DNA of 64,000 nt, taken from IMG/VR virus record IMGVR_UViG_3300010938_000951, positions 202,900 through 266,899 of that record. One strand, given 5' to 3'. Of this stretch, positions 46,675 to 56,131 are shown piece after piece. Below the pieces are notes generated by a model. It did no database searches. It was not told the origin of the DNA and was given only the letters and a program-made list of their open reading frames with translations. The position numbers and the translations under genes were made by a program. Positions within the stretch are counted from its first letter, which is position 1, and each line of letters begins with the position of its first letter.

Positions 46675-47160
46675 ATGTTCAAACAAGGCAGCTTTGAGGA
46701 CGAACTCTATCGTTCGATGGAGAAGACTTTAGTCAAAAACCAAACCGAAAATAGACACGGATTCAATAAGCTAGCCAAAGCTACTGATCTTTTGAATACT
46801 GCGGCCGATATTTTCGACCGTGCAGGCATGCGCAAAGAATCAGAAGAAGTTACAAAAGTCTTGCGATCAGTTGCTATTGATCAATTGATCAGCGAGGCTT
46901 TTTCTTTGTCTGATTTAATGAGTAAAATCGATGTTTTAGGCATCAATGAGCATGATTTGCATAATATGTTAGAAATGTCTACGCCAGCTCAATTGATTAC
47001 TTTGGCAAAGAAAATTGCTAGTGTTCTTAAAGGAGATAGCTCTCTATCCGAAGAGGCAGAGAAGTTAGCTAAAGAACATGATATTACTGATCCAGAAGTT
47101 AAAGATAAGTTGGTTGATAGAATCATGACCGCACTAAAGGTCGCTAAGTTTTTTGTATAA
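46675..47160 (+). CDS. hypothetical head protein, N-terminal paralog of 47168..48004
   Basis: SFEDELYRSMEKTL...ATDLLNTAADIFDRAGM versus LFEDELIAGMEKQL...AECLHAALEIFEEQGM. Confidence 0.78.
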   Translation: MFKQGSFEDELYRSMEKTLVKNQTENRHGFNKLAKATDLLNTAADIFDRAGMRKESEEVTKVLRSVAIDQLISEAFSLSDLMSKIDVLGINEHDLHNMLEMSTPAQLITLAKKIASVLKGDSSLSEEAEKLAKEHDITDPEVKDKLVDRIMTALKVAKFFV

Positions 47161-47167
47161 GGACACA

Positions 47168-48004
47168 ATGGCTAAATCTCTTTTTGAAGATGAACTAATT
47201 GCAGGAATGGAAAAGCAATTGCGCAAGCAAGCTTCGGCCGAGAGACCAAGCCTTGTTAAGGCCGCAGAGTGCCTTCACGCTGCTCTAGAAATTTTTGAAG
47301 AGCAAGGGATGACCGCTAGGGCCGATCAAGTTTTACAACTTCTACAAAAGCTTGGACAAAGCAATGAATCTCGTGATGTTCAACAAATGCCATCATTGCA
47401 TAAACTAATGGAAGCGGGCTTGACCCAACGTGATATGCATGAATTTGCAAAGGGTAATCCAATGGCTAAAGCTAAATTCAATTTAGTTTTACGTAGTTTG
47501 GGTTATTCAGATCATCAGATTGGAAATTTTATTGGTAAAACTAATGTAATGTCTGAAGAAGATGCTAAAGCAGTATTGGATCCAAATCGTTCTTTTAGTA
47601 AAATTTATGATTGGTTAAGCGATCCATCTAAACCAGTAGATCCAAAAAATCCACAACCTGGTGAATCTCTTTCTTTCAAGAGTATGGCTCAAAAGAAGCC
47701 AGGCAGACCAGACAGAATTAGCGATCGTCACACTAAAGGTTTATCTGCTGAAAAAATGGTTAAAAACCTAGAAGACCATGGTCACCCTATGAATTTAGCT
47801 GATGATGGTATTTTGGATGTTCCGCCACCTTTAGATATGAATAATTTAAAGGAATCTGATTTTGAGTCGGGATTTGGTGAATTTGCTAATTTATTATCTG
47901 ATATTGGAGATTCAGATAATTTATTAGAAGTGGATATTAATGACACTCTAGAAGTATCAGAAAATGATATTCCAATGGATGATTTCGAGGACGAAAGAGA
48001 TTAA
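47168..48004 (+). CDS. hypothetical head protein with acidic C-terminus
   Basis: AAGGA RBS before ATG 47168; N-terminus paralogous to the upstream gene. Confidence 0.78.
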   Translation: MAKSLFEDELIAGMEKQLRKQASAERPSLVKAAECLHAALEIFEEQGMTARADQVLQLLQKLGQSNESRDVQQMPSLHKLMEAGLTQRDMHEFAKGNPMAKAKFNLVLRSLGYSDHQIGNFIGKTNVMSEEDAKAVLDPNRSFSKIYDWLSDPSKPVDPKNPQPGESLSFKSMAQKKPGRPDRISDRHTKGLSAEKMVKNLEDHGHPMNLADDGILDVPPPLDMNNLKESDFESGFGEFANLLSDIGDSDNLLEVDINDTLEVSENDIPMDDFEDERD

Positions 48005-48054
48005 TCCGAGGGTTATATAGGTACTAGAGCGGTATAGGTGATAGAAGGACACTC

Positions 48055-48744
48055 ATGCTAAGACTAGTACAGGTTGGCAATACTTTGCCAGTAAGTTTCA
48101 TTGTTGATCCGTCTGCTGAATTTCAGCCAGGACAAATTGCCGAATTAACTGTTATCGGCAATCAAGTAATGGCTACAGTCAGCAATGGAACTGCACCTAT
48201 TGGTGTTATCGATGACATCAAAACCAAGGCATTTACTAATGTTTCTTGGAATGAAACTGTTATCGTTCCCGCTGTTGGTGTTCCTGGCCCTAATGGGACT
48301 TTGGTTACTCCAGTTGATATTAAAGCAGAATTAAGAAAACCAAACATAGTTCCATCCAGTTTTAATTCTACAGTTAATGTAGTTTTAAATCCTGTGAATG
48401 GAATTATTACTTTTGTAGCTGGTACGCCTTTGAATTTAGATTTAGCTGGTACTGGCCAGCCAAATGCTATTAAAGCAATTGTTAATTATACTTATCAAGT
48501 AGCCAATATTCCTGGAGATGATAGCACTGCTGGTTCTGGTAGAATGACTGTATGGTTTGAAAGAATGTTTTTTCAAACTGACCAATATGAAACTAATCAG
48601 CAATATCCTGTCCGAGCGAATTTATATGTTAGCGAAACTGGTTTCTTGACTACTCGCAGGCCAAGCCCAATTCATCCTGCTGTAGGTATGGTTACAGCCC
48701 CTCCTACACCGATGAACCCAATGATTGAAGTTCTTTGGTTCTGA
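48055..48744 (+). CDS. probable capsid decoration/cement-like protein
   Basis: Beta-rich; MLRLVQVG..P..F start and TAGSGRMTVW motif shared with 55248..56000. Confidence 0.55.
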   Translation: MLRLVQVGNTLPVSFIVDPSAEFQPGQIAELTVIGNQVMATVSNGTAPIGVIDDIKTKAFTNVSWNETVIVPAVGVPGPNGTLVTPVDIKAELRKPNIVPSSFNSTVNVVLNPVNGIITFVAGTPLNLDLAGTGQPNAIKAIVNYTYQVANIPGDDSTAGSGRMTVWFERMFFQTDQYETNQQYPVRANLYVSETGFLTTRRPSPIHPAVGMVTAPPTPMNPMIEVLWF

Positions 48745-48839
48745 GCTAAAGCCTCTGAAATAGCTGCATATTCTTTTATTTAGTATGAGCTTTCTATATT
48801 ACAGCATAATATAGACAATCTATTCATTTGAGGCCACCA

Positions 48840-49982
48840 ATGACTTTTAAACACACGAAATTTGAGGATTCTCCAACTATGCGAGCCTTAGAAAAAGTTG
48901 CCAAGGACAAGGGTTTAGTTAAACCGGAAACTCTTCAAAAGAAGGCTTCTGTTGCTAAAAAGGCTAATTATGCTCCTACTGATAATCTCATGGAGAATAT
49001 TCTTAAGCTTTGTGCTGGTTTGAGAGACGCTGGTCTTGTAAAAGAAGCTGCTGAAATTGAAACTAACTATCTTAATTATAAGCGCGCCCAAACTCTATAT
49101 GAAACTTCTAAAGAGAAGGGTGAAGATTTAGTACAATCCGCTCATCCAAAAGGAAGCCATAAATTGGAAGGCGTTGATGGTGAAGAGGCAACATTTGAAG
49201 ATATTATTGATCAACATCTTAAAATAATGAAGGCCATAGAAAAGAAGCCAACTGGAAAATTATCAGAAGCTAAAGCTAAAGACATTATTAAAGCAGTCAA
49301 AATGGCCTTGGCACAAGCTGCCACTATTGATGACGTTAAAAATATTACACGCCAAATCAAAGAAAAAGTTAATCAGATTAATGAACTAGCAAGCCCAGAA
49401 CTTACAATTGGTATGGGAATGTTTGTTAACAGCATAAATTCCAAAATGGATAATCCAACCGTTTACAATCTAACCGAGGCAAAGGGTGTATTGGCTCGTT
49501 TGTATAAGAGATTGGATCCAAGTTTTATTAGTGGCGCTACTTGGGGAGCTGGTGGCTTATCCGATTATACTTGGGGTAGAGTTAAGCCATTATTTTCTCT
49601 AATCAACAATTTACTATCTCAAGCCATAGATAAGCGTAGAAGCTTTGATGAATCTGAGCAAAGTAAATTAGAAGGTAGACCAGATCCAAATGCCCCTCCT
49701 CCACCACCAAAAGCAGATCCGGCCGCAGATATGGTAAGAAAAATTAATGGCCTTGCAGCGCAATTTGATGCTGTAGCAAATCAGATTGCATCGGATGATC
49801 CAAAAGATACAGAAGCTCTTGAAGGCACAAAGAAGTGGCTAAGAGACAAAGCCGGTGCTCTCAGAGGGCTCGCTAGTCAATTCCAAAACGAAACTGATAA
49901 GGAAGCAGTTACGAACGTATATCAAGCCACATTAAATAAGTATCAAGCTGCTCTTGCAAAAACTCAACAGGATTGGGCATAA
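48840..49982 (+). CDS. putative internal head/ejection protein
   Basis: Helical; multiple KxA motifs; LYET...AHP segment shared with 53852..55099. Confidence 0.6.
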   Translation: MTFKHTKFEDSPTMRALEKVAKDKGLVKPETLQKKASVAKKANYAPTDNLMENILKLCAGLRDAGLVKEAAEIETNYLNYKRAQTLYETSKEKGEDLVQSAHPKGSHKLEGVDGEEATFEDIIDQHLKIMKAIEKKPTGKLSEAKAKDIIKAVKMALAQAATIDDVKNITRQIKEKVNQINELASPELTIGMGMFVNSINSKMDNPTVYNLTEAKGVLARLYKRLDPSFISGATWGAGGLSDYTWGRVKPLFSLINNLLSQAIDKRRSFDESEQSKLEGRPDPNAPPPPPKADPAADMVRKINGLAAQFDAVANQIASDDPKDTEALEGTKKWLRDKAGALRGLASQFQNETDKEAVTNVYQATLNKYQAALAKTQQDWA

Positions 49983-51208
49983 TGTCAAAATACTTAAAGT
50001 ATTTTAAATCAGAATTTGAGAAGTATGCGCAAGATATTGGCGCACCTCCTCCTAGACCATCAAGAGGTGGTGGAGCTGCCGCTAAGCCAACTGCTGCCAA
50101 ACCGACCACCACTACTACTGGTCGTGGTGGTATTGGTGGACCACCAGCGCGTCCAAGTGCTGCCCCAGCACGTTCTGGTGGCGGTGGTTATGTTGATATT
50201 AAGCCAATTAGAAATATGCAACTTGCTATTCAAAATTTGGCAAAAACAATATCTGCAACGATTAATTATGATGCGCTTTTAAAATCTATGCAAACTCCAC
50301 CTGGTGCGCCTACTGATCAAGATAAAAGTTCTTTTCAAGCAGGTTACGGTAAAGATATGTTTAGTAACTTTATGATTAATAACTATCTACATCGTGGTGA
50401 CGTAAAAGGCGTTGAGTACGATACCGATCCGAAACGAACAAAAATGTTAGATAAGAAACCTTCTGATCTTAAAAGCATGTTTGTTATTTTAGATTCTTTA
50501 CAAAGAATTGGCCGTGAAAAATCAGAAGCATTTGCTGATGGTAATTGGGGTCCGCGTACCAATAATGCGCTAAAGAATGTTTCTGCCATTGCTACTGCCA
50601 TTAGTAGACTTGGCAGTGAATTAGGCATGCAATCTGAAACCTTTGATGTTAGCAAGATTGCTGAATTAGGATCTCTAATTCCAGCAAATGAAACAGATAT
50701 TTCTTTGCAAGAAAAAATTCAAACAGCCCCAAAAATTACCCAAATTTTGACTGGTGTTCGTGATTTATTTCTAGATTTTAAACAGCAAGTGTTTATGAAT
50801 CCTACATATCGTAATTTCATTGAAGGTAAAGCTCCAATGATGACATTTGGCCCACAAAAAGAAAAAGGCGTAGGTGAAACGGCTGGTGAGAAACCAATTT
50901 TAGCAGACCTACAAAAAAGTGGCCCACAAAGTAGATATGTTCAACACCCATCAGCAACTATGTCAGTTACTATAGATAAAAAACTAATTCCTGTACAATG
51001 GCAAAATATGGATGTTAGACCATTCTCTATTACCGCTGCAGATTTGTTAAGCCCACAAGCTTTTGATAATTGGGTTGCAAAAAGCAATATACTAATGACT
51101 CTTAAACAACAAAATCCAGAAAGTTGGAATAATGTGTTAAGATCCATTTTAACACAAGTAAAAGCACAAGTTGATCAAAAATTAGGATCAGCACAGCAAG
51201 GAGCATAA
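49982..51208 (+). CDS. putative internal head/ejection protein
   Basis: FEKYAQ motif at residues ~12-17 followed by a G/P/A linker. Confidence 0.6.
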   Translation: MSKYLKYFKSEFEKYAQDIGAPPPRPSRGGGAAAKPTAAKPTTTTTGRGGIGGPPARPSAAPARSGGGGYVDIKPIRNMQLAIQNLAKTISATINYDALLKSMQTPPGAPTDQDKSSFQAGYGKDMFSNFMINNYLHRGDVKGVEYDTDPKRTKMLDKKPSDLKSMFVILDSLQRIGREKSEAFADGNWGPRTNNALKNVSAIATAISRLGSELGMQSETFDVSKIAELGSLIPANETDISLQEKIQTAPKITQILTGVRDLFLDFKQQVFMNPTYRNFIEGKAPMMTFGPQKEKGVGETAGEKPILADLQKSGPQSRYVQHPSATMSVTIDKKLIPVQWQNMDVRPFSITAADLLSPQAFDNWVAKSNILMTLKQQNPESWNNVLRSILTQVKAQVDQKLGSAQQGA

Positions 51209-51209
51209 T

Positions 51210-52703
51210 ATGAGTTTCATTTATGATAAAAACTTACTGGCTGAGCTAATTAAAAGCGCTATAGATCATGAAGTAAAATTTAACAAACATGGTCAACTAG
51301 CAGCCGATCCAAATGTAAATTTAGAGTTTCGTAATTATCTAACTTTAACAAAAAAGTTGGCAGATCAGTTAGAGCAAAAATATTTTCCTTCTGGCCCAGG
51401 TGAAACTGTTGTAACTACTGGAACTGGTAAAGAAGCGCAATTAGGAGTTCCTGATTTATCCAGTTTGGGTAATTTTTTTGACTTTATGGTAAATAATCAA
51501 ATCATGGTTGACAATAAAAGAATTGTCTACAGTGCCAATGAGCAGCCACCAGATCCAAGATTATGGAAGCCAGTCACAGCTCAACAAATTAAGTTCATGA
51601 TGGAAACGCAAAATGAACAAAATGAGCGTACACAGTTTCAAGCTGACTATTATGTCAATCGTGATTTATTAGTTAAGTACGTAAATTCTATTTTACGAGA
51701 CTCCTCTAAAGAAGATGATGAAACTCAAAAATTTATAAAGACAATGCTTGGCGCTCGTCTTCAGGATATTAATCGTATCTTTAGAACCAAATTAACTACC
51801 GAATATAAAGAGCCAGAAAAAGTTCTACCAGATAATACAGTACTTGATAACACGCCAAAAGATATGGACCCACAAACATGGTTTAATCGTGGTAATATTC
51901 CATTAACCATTGGCGATCTTAAAGGCGGAACTGCATTTAATGCTTGGTTAAGCGGTAATAGTATTTCTATTAAGGTTGATAATCGTCAAATGATGATTAA
52001 TCATCCAGAATTTGATCGTTGTGCAATAATGAGAATTCTAAATTCTAGAGCAAAATACAATCTAGATAGAGCTACATCTGCACAAGCTCAACAAGTTGCT
52101 ACTATTTATGCGCAGAGAATACAAGCTCTTGCTGGTGAACTAAAGTGTGATTTGAGTGATAAATCAAGTCAACAGCAGCAACAACAGCAACAGGGTCAAG
52201 GACAAGGTTTGTCTGGTGCTTCTCCACAAATCTTGCAACAACTTTCCAGCTTGCGTCCATTTAATGCTCAATATATTAGCTTTCCAGAAATCAAGAAGTT
52301 TATTGAATTATATACTAAATATGCAAATGACGCAGATGTTACCAAGACCGCTGCAGATTTAAATGGATATATGGAAGCTTTCAAATCATATCTTGGAATG
52401 CGTGGAGACACTTTCCAGCTTACCAATATAGATAATAATAGATTTAAGAGTATGCTTAAGAATCCATCTGCTGCTCGCCAAGCTGCTGATCTTTTGTATG
52501 ATATCGTTGTATATGCTGGCCAGTTATATCAACGTCTAGTTGTTTCATTACAAACTGTTGCACAAGACGCCGAAAGAGCAAAGTATATTGATTATCGTGG
52601 TATGCAGCAACAGGTAACTCCTGGCGGCCCACAACAAACCAATGTTACTGATTTAAATGATTTGAGACAAAGTTTATCTAGAGAATGGATGGCTAGAAGA
52701 TGA
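51210..52703 (+). CDS. putative internal head/ejection protein
   Basis: 497-aa helical ORF with poly-Q tract; FNKHGQ motif variant. Confidence 0.6.
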   Translation: MSFIYDKNLLAELIKSAIDHEVKFNKHGQLAADPNVNLEFRNYLTLTKKLADQLEQKYFPSGPGETVVTTGTGKEAQLGVPDLSSLGNFFDFMVNNQIMVDNKRIVYSANEQPPDPRLWKPVTAQQIKFMMETQNEQNERTQFQADYYVNRDLLVKYVNSILRDSSKEDDETQKFIKTMLGARLQDINRIFRTKLTTEYKEPEKVLPDNTVLDNTPKDMDPQTWFNRGNIPLTIGDLKGGTAFNAWLSGNSISIKVDNRQMMINHPEFDRCAIMRILNSRAKYNLDRATSAQAQQVATIYAQRIQALAGELKCDLSDKSSQQQQQQQQGQGQGLSGASPQILQQLSSLRPFNAQYISFPEIKKFIELYTKYANDADVTKTAADLNGYMEAFKSYLGMRGDTFQLTNIDNNRFKSMLKNPSAARQAADLLYDIVVYAGQLYQRLVVSLQTVAQDAERAKYIDYRGMQQQVTPGGPQQTNVTDLNDLRQSLSREWMARR

Positions 52704-53800
52704 TATCTAATAGTGAAGTCAGTTTTTGTGTAGATACACTGCTTGTAGAGACAATTTTGGGAGATCCAAAACTTTACAAGAAGGCTGGCTTCGTCCAAGA
52801 TTTGCTTGGTAAAGTTAAAGAGTATTTTAGTCACCAAATTGATCCACAAAATCCAGTTAAAAGCGTAATAGATATTTTAGCCCCAGGTGCTTTGTGGTTA
52901 TTATTTCAATCTATTGGTATTGGTAAATGGGGTTTTCTATTAGGTTTATTAATGGATGTATTCCACGTTGATGTGAGTGGTATGCTTACTTCTCTATGGA
53001 ATAAAGTTAAAGAGATGGTAGGTAGTGGTAAAAAAACTTCTTCATCTGAGATTGATGCCGCAACACAATCTACTGTTCAAGAGTTTAATAAGCCGCCAAC
53101 ACCCGAAGAGGAACAAAGAGGGCTTGAAGCTCTTAAACAAAAACAGCAAGAGCAACAAACACAAAAGGCTGATGATCAAAAAGTTTATAGTTCACTTGAA
53201 CTATTAGAAGATGCCAGATTGTTTAGATTGGCTCTTATTGATTATGAAACTCAGGCACTTAGACTTACTAAAGAAGGGTTTAATAAAACGGCTGGATTTT
53301 TTGGCGATACTAAAGCTAAAGGCACCAGTTTATTAGGCAAAATTTTTGGTTGGATTATTAAGCTAGCATTAGCTTCTGCTGGTTTGATGGTTGCAGGCGA
53401 TGTTGCTAATGAAATGTTAGGTAGACCAAGTGCTTTGAGTGGAACTTATCAACGTGGCCAAGAGTCCTCTGAATCACAAGCTCCTGCTCCACCACAAGCC
53501 AAACAAACCAAGTTCCCACCAAAGGGAGATGGCCCATTACCAGCATCTATACCAATAGTTAATAATCCTCAGAATATTGAAAACTTCTTAGTTCAAATTA
53601 CTAAAGATGTATATTCTGGATTAGATAATAAAGAAAATCTTATCAGAAACTCACCAGCTTTTCAGGCTGTTAAAGATAATATTGTTTGGTACAATACTCA
53701 TAATGAGGGCTCGTCTGTTACATTTATTCCGGGCTTATTTAAAACGAAAAAGCAACTGGTAGACTACTATATTGATGATGTAGCTAAAAGTGCTCCATAA
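52700..53800 (+). CDS. putative membrane-inserting ejection protein
   Basis: Hydrophobic segments (ALWLLFQSIGIGKWGFLLGLLM; IFGWIIKLALASAGLMVAG) after LYKKAG and FNKTAG motifs. Confidence 0.6.
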   Translation: MISNSEVSFCVDTLLVETILGDPKLYKKAGFVQDLLGKVKEYFSHQIDPQNPVKSVIDILAPGALWLLFQSIGIGKWGFLLGLLMDVFHVDVSGMLTSLWNKVKEMVGSGKKTSSSEIDAATQSTVQEFNKPPTPEEEQRGLEALKQKQQEQQTQKADDQKVYSSLELLEDARLFRLALIDYETQALRLTKEGFNKTAGFFGDTKAKGTSLLGKIFGWIIKLALASAGLMVAGDVANEMLGRPSALSGTYQRGQESSESQAPAPPQAKQTKFPPKGDGPLPASIPIVNNPQNIENFLVQITKDVYSGLDNKENLIRNSPAFQAVKDNIVWYNTHNEGSSVTFIPGLFKTKKQLVDYYIDDVAKSAP

Positions 53801-53851
53801 AATCGGGCATAACAGAACATATCATTATAATTTCTTTTTAGGTGAAACCAC

Positions 53852-55099
53852 ATGAGAAAAAGCGAGATATTTGAAAGTTTTGTCAAGATTGCCCAAGAGA
53901 GGGGACTTGTGTCTCAAGCCGATCATGCTGAGCACACTGAGACATCTTTCTCTGAGACTAATCCAAGATTTGATTCGTTAACTATTGAGCAAATCAGCAA
54001 ACTTTACAATACCAAACCACAGCAACCAAAAGATATGGAATACAAGCGCAATATTATCGAAGATGCGCATCCAGAGTCGGTTGTTGTTTCACCTTCTTAT
54101 GATAAATTAAATGGTCTCGTTGAAAACGAAAATGAAGGCCAAGCTATTCGCGCCCGCATTGTTATGAAGGATCCGGATGGCCATTTGATCAATCGTAAAT
54201 ATGCCAAGAAGAACTTATTGCTTTCTTTGGTGCGCGTTGCTAATGAGCTAGACGCTCGCAACAACGATGAACTTCGTAAATTGGCTGATGTTTGTTTAGC
54301 GCAATCCAGCGGTCAAATGGAAAAGAAAGCTTATGCTATTGCTATTGTGGCAGCCGTTGCTGTAGTATTAGGTGCCATTTATGCAAAACAACATTTACGT
54401 TTTCATAGCGATGGTTGGGCAAGAGATTATGAAAAGACTATGTCTGAAATTGATGATTTGTTAAATTCTAACACAAATTGGGGTGTTGGTTATGCGTACA
54501 CCCCACAATTCATTCAAATTGTGAATAATCTTAAAGCAGAATTAGGAAAACTAAACGCTGTAGTTATGAAGGCAATTCCAATCTTAGAAAAGATGGAAAC
54601 ACCCCGCAATGCTGAAGAATTAAAGGCAATGATTGATAAGCCAGAAACTCAAGAAGCCGCTAAGGTATTACAAGAATTCCAAGATCAAATGAAGAGTTCT
54701 TATCCATTCATTAATACTGTTATTACTAATTTTGGCAATGAAGGATTTAAACAGCGCGCAATTGCTCAAAAAGGTTTTCTATCATCTCTTGTTGACTCCT
54801 CCGAAATTTTGCATGGCGGCAAGGGATTAGTAGCTGATGATTTTGATGATGTTAAACATGCTCTTCAGACTTTAAAAGTAGATTTGACTAATTTAGCCAA
54901 GACTTTGCAAGGCGCTGAAAGTGTTAAACAAAAAGCTCAACAGGATTTGTCTTCTGGCCAGGCAGAGGTTGCTTCTACATTTACGCAACCTGCGCAACAA
55001 TCTGGTGGTACACAAGCCCCAGGTGGAAAACCAAGTGAGCCAGGCAAAGATATCGAAGAAGAAGCAAAAGGCATATTAGGAGGTCTTTTCGGAGGATAA
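53852..55099 (+). CDS. putative membrane-inserting ejection protein
   Basis: MEKKA directly followed by hydrophobic YAIAIVAAVAVVLGAIYA. Confidence 0.6.
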   Translation: MRKSEIFESFVKIAQERGLVSQADHAEHTETSFSETNPRFDSLTIEQISKLYNTKPQQPKDMEYKRNIIEDAHPESVVVSPSYDKLNGLVENENEGQAIRARIVMKDPDGHLINRKYAKKNLLLSLVRVANELDARNNDELRKLADVCLAQSSGQMEKKAYAIAIVAAVAVVLGAIYAKQHLRFHSDGWARDYEKTMSEIDDLLNSNTNWGVGYAYTPQFIQIVNNLKAELGKLNAVVMKAIPILEKMETPRNAEELKAMIDKPETQEAAKVLQEFQDQMKSSYPFINTVITNFGNEGFKQRAIAQKGFLSSLVDSSEILHGGKGLVADDFDDVKHALQTLKVDLTNLAKTLQGAESVKQKAQQDLSSGQAEVASTFTQPAQQSGGTQAPGGKPSEPGKDIEEEAKGILGGLFGG

Positions 55100-55247
55100 T
55101 ATGGGCATAGCCCAATATCTTTTGTGACTCTTAAATATTTTTTTATTGAAAACATATCAATAAAGAAGTATCTTCGTAGATTTTGTAAGTAATAGGTGTA
55201 AGTAACCATGCCCCTTGAGGCATTTGAAGATTAAATAGGAAAATACA

Positions 55248-56000
55248 ATGGCTCTAAAACTTTTACAACCAGGCATTCAGCCACTAGGTCAGTTTGATGG
55301 TCTTGATGCAGATGTTCTACAAACCAAGGGTGGCGAAGTTGTTACTTTCACATACGTAACCACTTCTGGTCAACCAGGTGTTTTCACCGCAGGTCAAGAC
55401 CAAGCCGCTTATGACCAGTTTGACGGTTATGTCAACGCATCTGGTACTTTTAAGCGCCCAGCAGTAACCAAGACCCATGCCGGTCTTAACTTTGCCGCTC
55501 GTCCATTGATGCTATCTGACGATGGTATTCAGGGATACGGAACTCTCTTCGGAGCAGTTGTTGGTGGCGCTGTTGGTCAACAAGTAAACGGTCCAAACAG
55601 CTACACTGGTGCTGTACTTGGCCCTCACACTGCAACCGGCTCTGGTAAGACCACTTGCTGGGATAAGCCAGGTCTCTATGCAGTATCCTTGGACGCAACT
55701 CACTCCAGCTTGCAGCCAACCAACACCACCCTAACTGGCGGTGATGCTCTAGGCTTTACAACTGGCGGTCTTTTGACTCAGGCAACTAACGCTGCTTCTG
55801 TATCCTCCAACGGTTCTGCCGTAGGCTCTGGTGGTGTCGCTGTTGTTGTTGGTCGTCTAGTAGAGTTCAACACCAACCAGTCTTTGGTAACCACTCCAAA
55901 CTACTTGGTTGCTGCTTTGAACAGCCCATCTGGTAACGTCTCTTCTGTACAACCACGTGCATTTACATTCGCTACCATCTACTTTGCTCCACCAGCATAA
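55248..56000 (+). CDS. probable capsid decoration/minor capsid protein
   Basis: Directly upstream of MCP; G/T-rich beta protein; TATGSGKTTCW motif paralogous to 48055..48744. Confidence 0.6.
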   Translation: MALKLLQPGIQPLGQFDGLDADVLQTKGGEVVTFTYVTTSGQPGVFTAGQDQAAYDQFDGYVNASGTFKRPAVTKTHAGLNFAARPLMLSDDGIQGYGTLFGAVVGGAVGQQVNGPNSYTGAVLGPHTATGSGKTTCWDKPGLYAVSLDATHSSLQPTNTTLTGGDALGFTTGGLLTQATNAASVSSNGSAVGSGGVAVVVGRLVEFNTNQSLVTTPNYLVAALNSPSGNVSSVQPRAFTFATIYFAPPA

Positions 56001-56131
56001 GTAACTGAATAAACTTCTCTAGCCGAGAGGCTGGGGGAGACGTAAGTCTCAAAGTCCTTAACTGGGCACCTCTCACCCTTTTAACTGTAAGATAAAGCTG
56101 GTAAGACTGGCAAATTTTTCTAGGAGAACCT
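56001..56131 (+). other. structured intergenic leader upstream of major capsid gene
   Basis: Hairpins closed by GAGA (56025-56028) and GTAA (56042-56045) GNRA loops, plus a third GCTGGT/ACTGGC wobble stem. Confidence 0.5.

Noticed and set aside
46075-46686. 203-aa antisense ORF (FLESFL repeats)
   Set aside because: Shadow of the KKDS/DDND repeat gene, whose codons lack reverse-strand stops; no independent coding signal
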